The notes beneath the pieces were generated by a model. The model was not told where the DNA came from, did not search any database, and saw nothing but the letters and a program-made list of their open reading frames with translations. A stretch of DNA of 64,000 nt from Acidobacteriota bacterium (GTDB lineage Bacteria; Acidobacteriota; UBA890; WLXD01): the NCBI GenBank assembly GCA_963666055.2, contig CAXWPH010000015.1, positions 608,001 to 672,000 of the forward strand, written 5' to 3'. Shown here one piece after another: positions 18,804-28,552 of the stretch; positions within the stretch are counted from its first letter, which is position 1; each line of letters begins with the position of its first letter. Both the position numbers and the translations under genes were made by a program.

Positions 18804-19787
18804 CTACGCTTCCTTCGACCCGCGCCACGCCGCAAGGGCATCCTCGGCGTAGTGACACGCGACCTCGTGGCCCGGCGTCAGCTCTCGAAGAATCGGCCGC
18901 TCGTTGCGGCAGCGCTCCTGCACCAGCGGGCACCGGGGGTGGAAAGCGCACCCCGGCGGTGGGGCGCTCGGACTCGGCGGGCTCCCATACAGCACCACCG
19001 GCACCCGACGGTGGCGTTGATGGAGCTGCGGCACTGCCGAGCGCAGCGCCTGGGAATAGGGGTGCGCCGGAGCGTCGAGCAGATTCGCCGTCGCCCCCTG
19101 CTCGATGATACGCCCCAGGTACAGCACGGCCGTCTCTTCGCACAGCTTGGCGATCAACGCCAGGTTGTGGGAGATCAGCAAGTAGGCCAAGCGTCGCTCC
19201 CGGCGCAGGTTCCCGATAAGCGCCAGAATCCGTGCCTGCACGGTCACATCGACAGCGCTTGTCGGCTCGTCCAGCACCAGCACCCGGGGGCGCACGGCGA
19301 GCGCGCGGGCCAGCACGACGCGCTGCCGCTGACCACCCGACAGCTGATGCGGGTAACGGTCGGCGTGCTGAGGCTCGAGCTCTACCTCGGCAAGATGCTG
19401 CTGCACGCGCTCGGACATCTCGTCGCGGGCAACGATATCGTGTGCGATCAACGCTTCGCGCACCGCCTCGCCGACCTTCATTCGTGGATCGAGGCTGGAA
19501 TCGGTGTCTTGGAAGACGATCTGCACCGCCCTTCGAAAAGCCTTCAGCGACCGCCCTCGGAGCGCTTGTACCTCTTCCCCATCGAGCCGGATCGTACCCG
19601 CCGAAAGCGGCACCAGCCGAGTCACGGCGCGCGCCAGCGTCGTCTTCCCGGAGCCACTCTCGCCAACCAGACCCAGGCCGAACGGTCCCGCTGGCAGCTC
19701 GAAAGAGACACCGTCGACAGCGCGGACGTTGCCGAAGCGCACCTGCACGTCCTGCACACTCAGCAACGAGGGCAACGGCTCGTTCAT
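18804..19787 (-). CDS. Oligopeptide/dipeptide ABC ATPase (OppF/DppF-like)
   Basis: GESGSGKT, LSGGQRQR, LDEPT, HPY...GCAFHPRCP. Confidence 0.93.
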   Translation of the reverse strand: MNEPLPSLLSVQDVQVRFGNVRAVDGVSFELPAGPFGLGLVGESGSGKTTLARAVTRLVPLSAGTIRLDGEEVQALRGRSLKAFRRAVQIVFQDTDSSLDPRMKVGEAVREALIAHDIVARDEMSERVQQHLAEVELEPQHADRYPHQLSGGQRQRVVLARALAVRPRVLVLDEPTSAVDVTVQARILALIGNLRRERRLAYLLISHNLALIAKLCEETAVLYLGRIIEQGATANLLDAPAHPYSQALRSAVPQLHQRHRRVPVVLYGSPPSPSAPPPGCAFHPRCPLVQERCRNERPILRELTPGHEVACHYAEDALAAWRGSKEA

Positions 19788-20602
19788 AGGGCCCCTTCCT
19801 CGACCGTCAGCGTGGGCACCGCGTCCAGGAGCTCACGGGTATAGGGCTCGCGAGGATCCGAAAGCGTCCACCCGGTCGGGCCGACCTCGACGAGCTTCCC
19901 GCCCCGCATCACGGCAACGCGATCGCACAGCTCGGCAAGCACGGACAGGTCGTGGCTGATGAAGAGCACCGACACCGAGCGCTCATCCCGCAGCTGGCGC
20001 AGCAGCTGCAGAATCTCGGCCTGCACGGTGACATCCAACGAGCTCGTGGGCTCGTCAGCCACCAGCAGGCGCGTGCCGAGCGCTAACGCCAGCGCAATCG
20101 CAACGCGCTGCGCCTGGCCGCCGGAGAGCTGATGCGGATAGCGATGCAGCAGCTCGGGATCGAGTAAGACGCCGCGCATGGCTTCGGCGGCGCGACGATG
20201 CGACGCGGCGCGCGAAAGTCCGTGCAGTCGCAGCGCGCGCCGCACGACATCACCTACTCGGAACACCGGATTGAACGCCGCCACCGGATTCTGAAAGACC
20301 ATCGCGATCCGCCGCCCGCGAATCCCGCGGAGCCAGGCTTCGGAGCGCCCCACAAGCTGTTCGCCCTCGAGAAGGATACTGCCCGAGACCTGCGCTCCGA
20401 GCTTGGTCGCCAGACCGAGGACGGCGTACGCGGTGAGCGACTTGCCCGCTCCACTCTCGCCGGCCAGTCCGAGGATCTCCCCCTCGAACAGGTCCAGCGT
20501 CTCGAGCTCGACAACGCGGTGGTCTCCAAAGCGGATCACCAGGTCGCGGATCTGCAATCGGGCGTCCATCCCAGCCGAGCCGGGCGACGCAGCGGCGCTC
20601 AT
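19784..20602 (-). CDS. Oligopeptide/dipeptide ABC ATPase (OppD/DppD-like)
   Basis: GESGAGKS, LSGGQAQR, ADEPT, ISHD. Confidence 0.92.
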   Translation of the reverse strand: MSAAASPGSAGMDARLQIRDLVIRFGDHRVVELETLDLFEGEILGLAGESGAGKSLTAYAVLGLATKLGAQVSGSILLEGEQLVGRSEAWLRGIRGRRIAMVFQNPVAAFNPVFRVGDVVRRALRLHGLSRAASHRRAAEAMRGVLLDPELLHRYPHQLSGGQAQRVAIALALALGTRLLVADEPTSSLDVTVQAEILQLLRQLRDERSVSVLFISHDLSVLAELCDRVAVMRGGKLVEVGPTGWTLSDPREPYTRELLDAVPTLTVEEGAL

Positions 20603-21483
20603 GAGGACACCGCCATGCGCTTCGGATCGAGGACCTCTCGCAGACCATCACCGATCAAGTTGAACGCCATCGCGGCGAGCAGGATCGCGGCGCCCGGGAA
20701 CGTCACTACCCACCAATGGGTGGTGAAGTAGGAGCGCCCCTGGCTCACCATCAAGCCCCACTCCGGTACCGGGTCCTGTGCGCCGAGCCCGAGGAACGAC
20801 ATCGCGGCCGATACCAGGATGACCCCGCCGAGGTCGAGCGAGACCTGCACGACGATCGGCGTTACCGCGTTCGGGAGCACGTGCCGGAAGACGATGCGGG
20901 TGTCGCTCAACCCCAGGGCACGACAGCTCTCGACCAGCTGCCGCCCAGCCACCGACGAGGCCTGGCCGCGCGCCAAGCGCGCGTACCAAGGCCACCAGGC
21001 AACCGCCAGCGCGATCGTCGCCGAGGCGATGCTGGGCGTCAGCACCGCCACCAGCGCCAGCGCCAGCAACAACGGTGGAAACGCCAGGAAGACATCGACC
21101 AACCGCATGATCAAGTCGTCGACGCGGCCACCGAAGTAGCCCGCCGCAATGCCGAGCGGCACGCCCACGAGACAGGCGAGCGTCAGAACGAGCGCGGCGA
21201 TCGACAACGAGACGCGGGCGCCGTACAGGACACGGGTCAGGAGATCGCGCCCCAGCTGATCCGTTCCGAACGGATGGCTCCACGATGGCGGCTGTAGAGT
21301 GTCCTCCAGATGCACGGTGGTGTCGGCATCCGATGGCGCCGGCGAGAGCAGCGGCGCACCCAGCGCCATCAGCAACAGCACGAGCCCGAGGGTCGACCCC
21401 ATGGCGAGCAGCGGATTGTCCCGCCACCACGCAACCGCAACTGCCGAGGACGACGGCTGGCTTTCGGCGTGGGCGCGACTCAT
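20599..21483 (-). CDS. Peptide ABC permease (DppC-like)
   Basis: HPFGTDQLGRD, RHVLPN, FLGLG..PEWG. Confidence 0.93.
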   Translation of the reverse strand: MSRAHAESQPSSSAVAVAWWRDNPLLAMGSTLGLVLLLMALGAPLLSPAPSDADTTVHLEDTLQPPSWSHPFGTDQLGRDLLTRVLYGARVSLSIAALVLTLACLVGVPLGIAAGYFGGRVDDLIMRLVDVFLAFPPLLLALALVAVLTPSIASATIALAVAWWPWYARLARGQASSVAGRQLVESCRALGLSDTRIVFRHVLPNAVTPIVVQVSLDLGGVILVSAAMSFLGLGAQDPVPEWGLMVSQGRSYFTTHWWVVTFPGAAILLAAMAFNLIGDGLREVLDPKRMAVSS

Positions 21484-22517
21484 TGCAGGCGGATCCGCGG
21501 GTCGATGGCGGCCTGCAACAGGTCGACGGCGAGGTTGCCCAACACGTACGCCAACGCAACGACGAGCGTGATGCCGACGATCGCCGGCGTGTCCAGCGAC
21601 TGCACGGCCAAGGCCGCGTAGAGCCCGAGCCCCGGCCAGTTGAAGATCGCCTCGACCAGGAATGTGTTCGCCAGCGAGTAGGCGAAGATCAGCGCCGTCA
21701 CCGTGATCACCGGGTTCAGGGCCGGCTTTAGCGCGAAGCGGCCGAAGACGGCCGCCTCGGAGAATCCGAGCGAGCGGACCATCTGGATGTGGGTGTCGCC
21801 AAGGGTCTCGAGCACCGAGGCACGAACCATGCGAGCGACGACACCCATCGGGTAGGCGGCCAGCACGAGCGCTGGCATGACCAGGTGGGCCAGCGAGCTG
21901 CGCAGTACCGGCCCGTTGAGCCCGATCAGCGCATCGAGCACCGTCATGCCGGTGTAGCTGACGAGTCGGCTGGTGTAGTAGAGGGCAGGATCGTAACGGC
22001 CCGCGACGGGCAACAGCTCGAGCTTTTCGAAAAAGACCAGCTGCAGGATCGGCGCTAGCCAGAATACCGGCATGGAGACGCCGATCACCGAAACCAGCCT
22101 CACGAGCACATCGGGCGCGCCACCCTTCCAGCGCGCGGCGACCAAGCCCAGGGGGTTTCCCACTATCAGCCCCAACAGCAAAGCCGTTCCAACGAGCTCG
22201 ATCGAGGCCGGCAGCCCGACGGCGATGTCGGTAAGCACGGGCCGTCGGGTGCGCAGCGACACTCCCCAGTCACCGATCGCCACGCCGCGCAGGTAGTCCC
22301 ACAGCTGGACTCGCAACGGGCGATCGAATCCGAGGTCCTGACGCGCCTGCTCCAGCACCTCGACGGGCACGTGGCCACCGACCCACGCGGCTGCGGGATC
22401 GCTCGGGATCACCCGCGAGATGACGAACGTCAGCACCACGACCCCGATGACCACCAGCAGCCCGGTGGCGATACGGCGGCCGATGTAACGAACTAGGGAT
22501 GCCGTCTCTGGTCGCAC
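21480..22517 (-). CDS. Peptide ABC permease (DppB-like)
   Basis: PSDPA, GDWGVS, VEAIFNWPGLG, DPRIR; GTG start approximate. Confidence 0.9.
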   Translation of the reverse strand: MRPETASLVRYIGRRIATGLLVVIGVVVLTFVISRVIPSDPAAAWVGGHVPVEVLEQARQDLGFDRPLRVQLWDYLRGVAIGDWGVSLRTRRPVLTDIAVGLPASIELVGTALLLGLIVGNPLGLVAARWKGGAPDVLVRLVSVIGVSMPVFWLAPILQLVFFEKLELLPVAGRYDPALYYTSRLVSYTGMTVLDALIGLNGPVLRSSLAHLVMPALVLAAYPMGVVARMVRASVLETLGDTHIQMVRSLGFSEAAVFGRFALKPALNPVITVTALIFAYSLANTFLVEAIFNWPGLGLYAALAVQSLDTPAIVGITLVVALAYVLGNLAVDLLQAAIDPRIRLQ

Positions 22518-22584
22518 GACATGGCGTTTCCCACAGCTGGCCGCCGACGTCAACTTCGCCGGCGATCGCGGCCTCCACGCACCG

Positions 22585-22593
22585 TGCTAGGAT
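22585..22593 (+). promoter_or_regulatory. Putative extended -10 promoter for the hydantoinase A gene, now separated by IS5
   Basis: TG-C-TAGGAT followed by GGTGGGAG RBS-like sequence just left of the IS. Confidence 0.35.
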
Positions 22594-22628
22594 CGCCGCT
22601 TCCTGGTGGGAGTCAGTGTCCTGTTTAA

Positions 22629-23797
22629 GGAAGGTCTGATCAATTGGCCGTCAGTCAGGATGGAGCCTGATTGGAGGAACTGGTCGGCATGAGGGTGGGA
22701 ATGCAGTCGCCCTCCGAGCTGCTGCCGACGGGTTCAACCGCGACGGCGGCCTCTCAGGGTGCCTGTTTCAGGTGTGCGCGAGCAGCACCTTGCGTGCCAT
22801 GAATAGGTTGGCCAACGCGCAGGTCACGAAGAGCCGGTGCGCGTTCTTGTGGAGCCCTCGGTATCGGACCTTTCTGAAGCCGAAGATGCGCTTGATCACC
22901 AGCATCGGGTGCTCGACTTTGGCCCGCACCTTCGACTTGGTGCGGTTTCGAGCTCGGTCTCGCTCGGTCAGTGGCCGGTGACGGTGCCCTTTCTTGTTGG
23001 TGAAGTCCTTGGCACCGGGAGCACACCGGACAATGACCTCCCGTCGGCCCGTATAAGCGCTGTCTCCCCACACCCGCGTCTCCTGCCCATGCAGCAGATC
23101 CTCTAGCACCTGGCTGTCATGGACATTGGCGGCGGTGGCCACGACCGAGTGAATGAGCTTGGATTTGCTGTCCACACCGAAGTGTCCCTTCATCCCGAAG
23201 TACCATTGGTTGCCCTTCTTGGTCGAGCGCATCTCCGGATCCCGCTGCTTGGCCTTGTTCTTGGTCGATGACGGGGCGGTGATGATCGTCGCGTCGACGA
23301 TGGTGCCCGTGCTGACCTTCAGCCCCCGCCCCTGCAGGTGCTCGGCAACGATGTGGAACACCTGCACGCCCAGCTCGTGGGTCTCCAGAAGGTGCCGGAA
23401 CTTGCACACCGTCGTCTCGTCCGGCGCCGGCTCCCGTCCCAGATCGATCCCCACGAAGGCACGCATCGCCCGCGAGTCGTACAGCGCCTCCTCCACCCCC
23501 GGGTCCGACAGGTTGAACCACTGCTGCATGAAGTAGATGCGCAGCATCCTCTCCAGCCCGACTGGGCGCCGTCCCGCTCCCTTCGGCTTCGGATACACCG
23601 GCTCGATCAAAGCGCACAGCTGGGCCCACGGCACCACCTGATCCATCTCTGCCAGGAACCGCTCCCGGCGGGTCACCTTCCGGTACTGCTCAAAGGACCC
23701 TTCGGCAAGCGTCTGCTGGCGCATTCCCTTCTCCCTCTGGCGGCGTGATCGGATCCGCGTGCATTATCCCATCGAACCCGAATTGATCAGAGGTTCC
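22629..23797 (-). mobile_element. Complete IS5-family insertion sequence (1169 bp)
   Basis: TIRs GGAAGGTCTGATCAATT / AATTGATCAGAGGTTCC (15/17); TTAA target duplication at 22625-22628 and 23798-23801. Confidence 0.95.
22768..23724 (-). CDS. IS5-family DDE transposase
   Basis: TRRERFLAEM, QQWFNLSD, VDATII, KKGNQWYFGMKGH, GDSAY, RAKVEHP. Confidence 0.96.
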   Translation of the reverse strand: MRQQTLAEGSFEQYRKVTRRERFLAEMDQVVPWAQLCALIEPVYPKPKGAGRRPVGLERMLRIYFMQQWFNLSDPGVEEALYDSRAMRAFVGIDLGREPAPDETTVCKFRHLLETHELGVQVFHIVAEHLQGRGLKVSTGTIVDATIITAPSSTKNKAKQRDPEMRSTKKGNQWYFGMKGHFGVDSKSKLIHSVVATAANVHDSQVLEDLLHGQETRVWGDSAYTGRREVIVRCAPGAKDFTNKKGHRHRPLTERDRARNRTKSKVRAKVEHPMLVIKRIFGFRKVRYRGLHKNAHRLFVTCALANLFMARKVLLAHT

Positions 23798-23813
23798 TTA
23801 ACTCAGTAGCGGC

Positions 23814-25812
23814 ATGCCGGACATGCGTCTCGGGATCGACGTAGGCGGGACGTTCGTTGACTTCGTGCTGCTCGAGGAGCAGTCCGGACGAACCCGTATC
23901 GAGAAGGTCCACGCCGCGGGCCCGCTGCAGGAGCGCTGTTTCGAGGGCTTCGAGAGGCTCGATCTAGAGCTGCGAGACCTGGCAATGCTGATCCACGGCT
24001 CGACCTTGGTAATCAACACCATCGTGCAGGAATCCGGCGCTCGCGTCGGTTTGATCACCACCTCGGGCTTTCGCGACGTCCTCGAGCTCGGCCGCGGCAA
24101 TCGGGCAGATATCTACGACCTGTTCTACAAGCCGCCGCCGCCCCTCGTGCCGCGCCAGCGAAGGCACGAGGTAGGCGAGCGCATGAGCCATCGCGGCGAG
24201 GTGCTGGAGCCCCTCGACGAGGAAGGGGCCGCCGCCACGCTGGCGCTGCTGAGCGATCAACAGGTCGAGGGGGTCGCTATCTGTTTCTTGCACGCCTACG
24301 CGAACTCCACTCATGAGCAGCGCATGGCCGAGATCGTTCGCGCCGCCATGCCGAACGTCACGGTGAGCGTCTCTTCCGACCTGGTACGGGAGCACAGGGA
24401 GTTCGAGCGCACCTCGACGACGGTGCTCAATGCCTACGTGCAGCCGCGAATGGGCGCGTACCTCTCGAGCCTCGACCGCGGCCTGCGACAGCGCCACTAC
24501 CAGGGGCCGTTCACCATCATGCAATCATCCGGCGGTATGACGTTCGTGGACGGCGCGATGAAGGCGCCGATTCGAACGGTTCAGTCGGGCCCGGCCGGGG
24601 GCGTCATCGCCGCCACGGCGTTGGGCGCCGAGCTCGGCTACGCCAAGCTGGTCTCCGCAGATGTCGGTGGGACAACGTTCGACGTCGCGCTGGTAGTGGA
24701 CGGCAAACCCCTCGAGAAGGGCGAGACTACGATCGGGCGTCGGCCGGTGCTGCAGCCAACAATCGATATCGTCTCGATCGGAGCCGGCGGCGGCAGCATT
24801 GCCTGGATCGACGGCGAGGAGGGCCTGCAAGTCGGGCCGCGCAGCGCCGAAGCGCATCCGGGACCCGCCTGCTTCGGCCTGGGAGGCGAAGAGCCGACGG
24901 TGACGGATGCCCAGGTCGTGTTGGGGTACCTGGACCCGGACTTCTACCTCGGAAGTCGCATGGAGCTGGATCCGGCGGCTGCTCGGAACGCCATCGAGTC
25001 ACACATCGCCGGGCCGCTGAACATGGAGCTGAGCGCTGCCGCCAGCGGCATCATTCAGCTCACCAACATGAACATGACGCACGCGATCCGCCGAATCACC
25101 ATCGAGCGCGGGCACGATCCGCGCGAGTTCAGCCTGTTGTGCCACGGCGGCGGCGGCGGGCTGTTCGCCGGCGCCCTGATGCGGGAGCTGGAGCTACAGC
25201 GCGCCATCATCCCCGTTGACCCGGCTACGTTCTCGGCCTGGGGATTGCTAACCGCCGCCTATCGTGAGGATTCAGTGCGAACGCTCGTGCGCTCGCTGGA
25301 CGAGCTCGCCGGCGGCGAGCTGGCGGACCTGCTGGCCGACCTCACCGGCGATGCCCTGGGCAAGCTGCGGGCAGGGGGAATCGAAACCGAGGAGGCGCGA
25401 CTGCACCACTACGGCGACATGCGCTACAGCGGCCAGGAGCACACCGTTAGAGTCCCCATCCTCGAGGAGGACCTTGCCGAAGGCGACCTAGTTGCCCTCC
25501 GGGGCCGCTTCGATGCGCTGCATGAGCAGGCCTACGCGCACGCGCTACCCGATCACGCCGTCGAGCTGGTGAACTTGCGCGCGCTGGCGGAGTTGCCGAC
25601 CTTGTCCCCTCGGATCGGCGCACTCTCGGAGCGTGAGGGGCCACTGGAGCCAAAGGGGTTGCGGCAGATCTGGTTGGCGAGCGCCGACTCCCCGCTCGAC
25701 TGCCCGCTCGACTGCCCGATCTACGATCGCCACCGGCTCGGTCCCGGAGATCGTCTGCCAGGCCCGACCATCGTGGAGGAGTGGACGTCGACGACGCTGG
25801 TGGGCAGCGACC
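23814..25812 (+). pseudogene. Hydantoinase/oxoprolinase subunit A, 3'-truncated
   Basis: GIDVGGTFVD, DVGGTTFD, GAGGGSIA; homology ends at GPTIVEEWTSTTLV and the frame runs into the antisense SBP remnant. Confidence 0.8.
25691..25718 (+). repeat. 12-bp tandem duplication (PLDC-PLDC)
   Basis: CCCGCTCGACTG x2 plus CCCG. Confidence 0.8.
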
Positions 25813-25814
25813 GG

Positions 25815-26756
25815 CCACCAGGCCGTCGTAGTCGATGCCGTGCGAGATCGCCTGGCGGACGCGCTTGTCTGCCAGGGCGCCACGCCGGATGTTCAGCAGC
25901 ATGAGCATGTTCTGAAAGGAGGCGGACGAGGTGGTGTGGAATTCCGGGTCGTCGGTGAACGACGCCCAAAGCTGAGGGGTCAGCTTTTCGACGAAGCTCA
26001 GCTGCCGGGCCTTCAACAGCTGCGCCGCGGTGTTGGGCTCCCGCACGACACGGATGTTCACACCACGTTGCGGTAGTGATGCGGCTCCCACCCACGCCAG
26101 TAGCCGTCGTGCGCTTTCAGCCGCAGCTCAACCTCCTGTCCGCGGTGCCAGGCATCAACGGTGTAGGGCCCGGTACCGGCGTCGCGGCCCTCCGAAAACC
26201 AGTCTCCCAGCTCGTCGGCGAGGGCAGCCCGCACATCGTAGATCTCCCCCTGGTAAGCGGCCGCGGCGATCAAATCGATCGGCGCCGGGTAGCGGAGATG
26301 AAACACGAGGGTGAGCGGGTCCGGTGCCGCGATCCTCTCGACCGAGCTCCAGATATAGGCGGATCCGAGCCCCAGCGCGATGGTGCGGTCGAGGGCTTCC
26401 TTGGCAGCTTGCGCCGTCAGCCGTCTGCCGGTGTGGAAGGTGACGCCCTCCCGTAGCCTGAAGGTCCACTGCATGCCGTCCGGCGCGGCGGAGAAGCTCT
26501 CCGCCAGCAGCGGCTGTACGGTATCGGTGGCCGGGTCGTAGCGTGTCAGCCCCTCGTACATCAGCGGCATCGCCTTGACCTCGTTGGAGGCATGCGTGGC
26601 CGGATCCCAGCCGATCATCACCTCGACGGTTGACGCGATGTTGAACACCGTCGGGTCGAGGAGCCTTGTACCCTCGACGGGAGAGGTGCACGCCTGGAGG
26701 AGTAGCTGCAACCCGACGACGGCCGTCAGGGCGCAAACGGTGCGAGCTCTGCTCAC
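25815..26756 (-). pseudogene. Family-5 ABC substrate-binding lipoprotein, frameshifted and 3'-truncated
   Basis: LQAC lipobox, YEGLT, WTFRLREGVTFH, GTGPY; 2-nt GT excess near 26058-26063; homology ends at RQAISHGIDYDGLV. Confidence 0.85.
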
Positions 26757-26854
26757 CTACGCGATCCTTCGCTTGACCTGAGACCCACTGAACGCTTAGC
26801 AATAGCGGTGCGCCACCTTAGCAGCAAACTCCGAGGATCTCACGCGAGGCTTCA

Positions 26855-28552
26855 GTGAAAGCAGATCTCGACCCGATCACCGTGCAGGTCATCCGTGGCG
26901 CCATCAAGGCCGTCGCCGACGAGATGATGGTGAGCCTGATCAAGACAGCCCACAACCCGCTCATCTACGAGGTGCAGGACTTCGGGGTCGGGCTCAGCTC
27001 ACGCCACGGCCATCTGCTCGCCGATGGCTCGGGCCTACCGGGATTCATCGGCTGTCTGCCACGCACCGTGCGCAGCGGTCTCGAGGTTATCGGTGCCGAC
27101 GACTTCGCCGATGGAGACATTCTGCTGAGCAACGAGCCGTACGACACCGGCACCCACATAAGCGACACCGTGGTCTACATGCCGATCTTCCATGACGGCC
27201 GACTGGAGGCGTTCTCGGCCATCATGGCCCACTGGGCCGACATCGGCGGCATCACCCCGGGCGGCTGGTGCCCTGACTCCACCGACGTCCACCAGGAAGG
27301 GCTGCTATTCCCACACCTGAAGCTCTACGACGCCGGCAGCCTAAACCGGGAGCTGCACCGCCTGATCCTCGCCAACGTGCGCTTCCCCGGCATCGTGGAG
27401 GGCGACCTCAACGCCATGATCGCGGCATGTCGCACCGGGGCCCGTCGCTACCAGGCGCTGTGCGACCGTCACGGCGCCGACCGGTTGCGCAATGCGATGG
27501 AGACCGTGTTCGACCAGTCGGAGCGCCGCATGCGGCGTGAGATCACCGCCATCCCCGACGGTGAATACAAGGCCGAGACGATCATGGACCACGACGGTGT
27601 GGAGACCGACAAGCCGTTCGCCATGCGGGTCAAGGTGATCGTCGATGGCGACGAGCTGCGAATCGACTGGGAGGGCACCGATCCGGTGACCAAGGGGCCG
27701 GTCAATCACCCCGGACCCGGCACCGAGGCGCTCGGCGAGGTGGCGATCAAGTCACTGCTCATGCCGATGGAGCCGATGAACCATGGGCACCTGCGACCGA
27801 TCAGCGTCAGCGCACCGGAGGATACGGTGGTCAATCCCTCATACCCGGCACCTACCGACTCCTACGGCTATGTCGGGGAGATGGTCCTTCATCTGGTGGT
27901 GCGGGCGCTGGCGGTCGCGATTCCGGATCTTTGTCCCGCCTGCTCGTATCAGATGTGCGGCGCCAGCTTCTACCGCATGGACCCCAGGCTCGGCAAGCCG
28001 TTTATCCTCACCGAGCCGGTTGACGGCGGCGGCGGCGCGCTGCCCCACGATGACGGACCCAGCGGTACGATCTTCGTTGGCGACGGAGATGCACCCAATA
28101 CCCCGGTCGAGGTGATCGAAGGTCGCTATCCCATCCTCATGCGACGCTACGCGTTCAACTCGGAGGGCGCCGGCGCCGGAAAGTACCGCGGCGGCTTCGG
28201 CGTCATCCGCGATTACGAGATGCTCGAGGACGACATCCTGGTGCAGACCAGCAACGAAAACAGTCTCCATCCGCCGTGGGGGCTATTCGGCGGCGGTCCC
28301 GCCGGCGTCAGCACCGTCGTCCTGTGGGAGGGCAGCGACCGCGAGCAGGTAACCACCGGTCGCTTCGCCCGGCTCGGCCCCTTCAACCGCGGCGATCGCA
28401 TCAGCGTACGCACAGCGGGTGGAGGCGGCTGGGGCGACCCGAAGGATCGCGATCCGGGGCGCGTGCGTGACGATGTTCAGAACGGCTTCATGAGCGCCGC
28501 AGAGGCCGAATTGGTTTACGGTGTGACTTTCGACGGAGAGGAAAATGGCTAG
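26855..28552 (+). CDS. Hydantoinase B/oxoprolinase family protein
   Basis: DPIT, NEPYDTGTHISD, HWADIGG..PGG, GAGKYRGG, GGGGWGDP. Confidence 0.92.
   Translation: MKADLDPITVQVIRGAIKAVADEMMVSLIKTAHNPLIYEVQDFGVGLSSRHGHLLADGSGLPGFIGCLPRTVRSGLEVIGADDFADGDILLSNEPYDTGTHISDTVVYMPIFHDGRLEAFSAIMAHWADIGGITPGGWCPDSTDVHQEGLLFPHLKLYDAGSLNRELHRLILANVRFPGIVEGDLNAMIAACRTGARRYQALCDRHGADRLRNAMETVFDQSERRMRREITAIPDGEYKAETIMDHDGVETDKPFAMRVKVIVDGDELRIDWEGTDPVTKGPVNHPGPGTEALGEVAIKSLLMPMEPMNHGHLRPISVSAPEDTVVNPSYPAPTDSYGYVGEMVLHLVVRALAVAIPDLCPACSYQMCGASFYRMDPRLGKPFILTEPVDGGGGALPHDDGPSGTIFVGDGDAPNTPVEVIEGRYPILMRRYAFNSEGAGAGKYRGGFGVIRDYEMLEDDILVQTSNENSLHPPWGLFGGGPAGVSTVVLWEGSDREQVTTGRFARLGPFNRGDRISVRTAGGGGWGDPKDRDPGRVRDDVQNGFMSAAEAELVYGVTFDGEENG

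Noticed and set aside
22520-22615. Possible GntR C-terminal remnant or SBP tail upstream of the permease
   Set aside because: Only a vague resemblance; better explained as promoter DNA.
22629-23797. IS5 as the mobiliser of the MITEs
   Set aside because: Its TIR (GGAAGGTCTGATCAATT) and TTAA duplication match none of the A, B or C ends.
26058-26060. TGA in the SBP as selenocysteine
   Set aside because: Homology continues in a different frame, so this is a frameshift.
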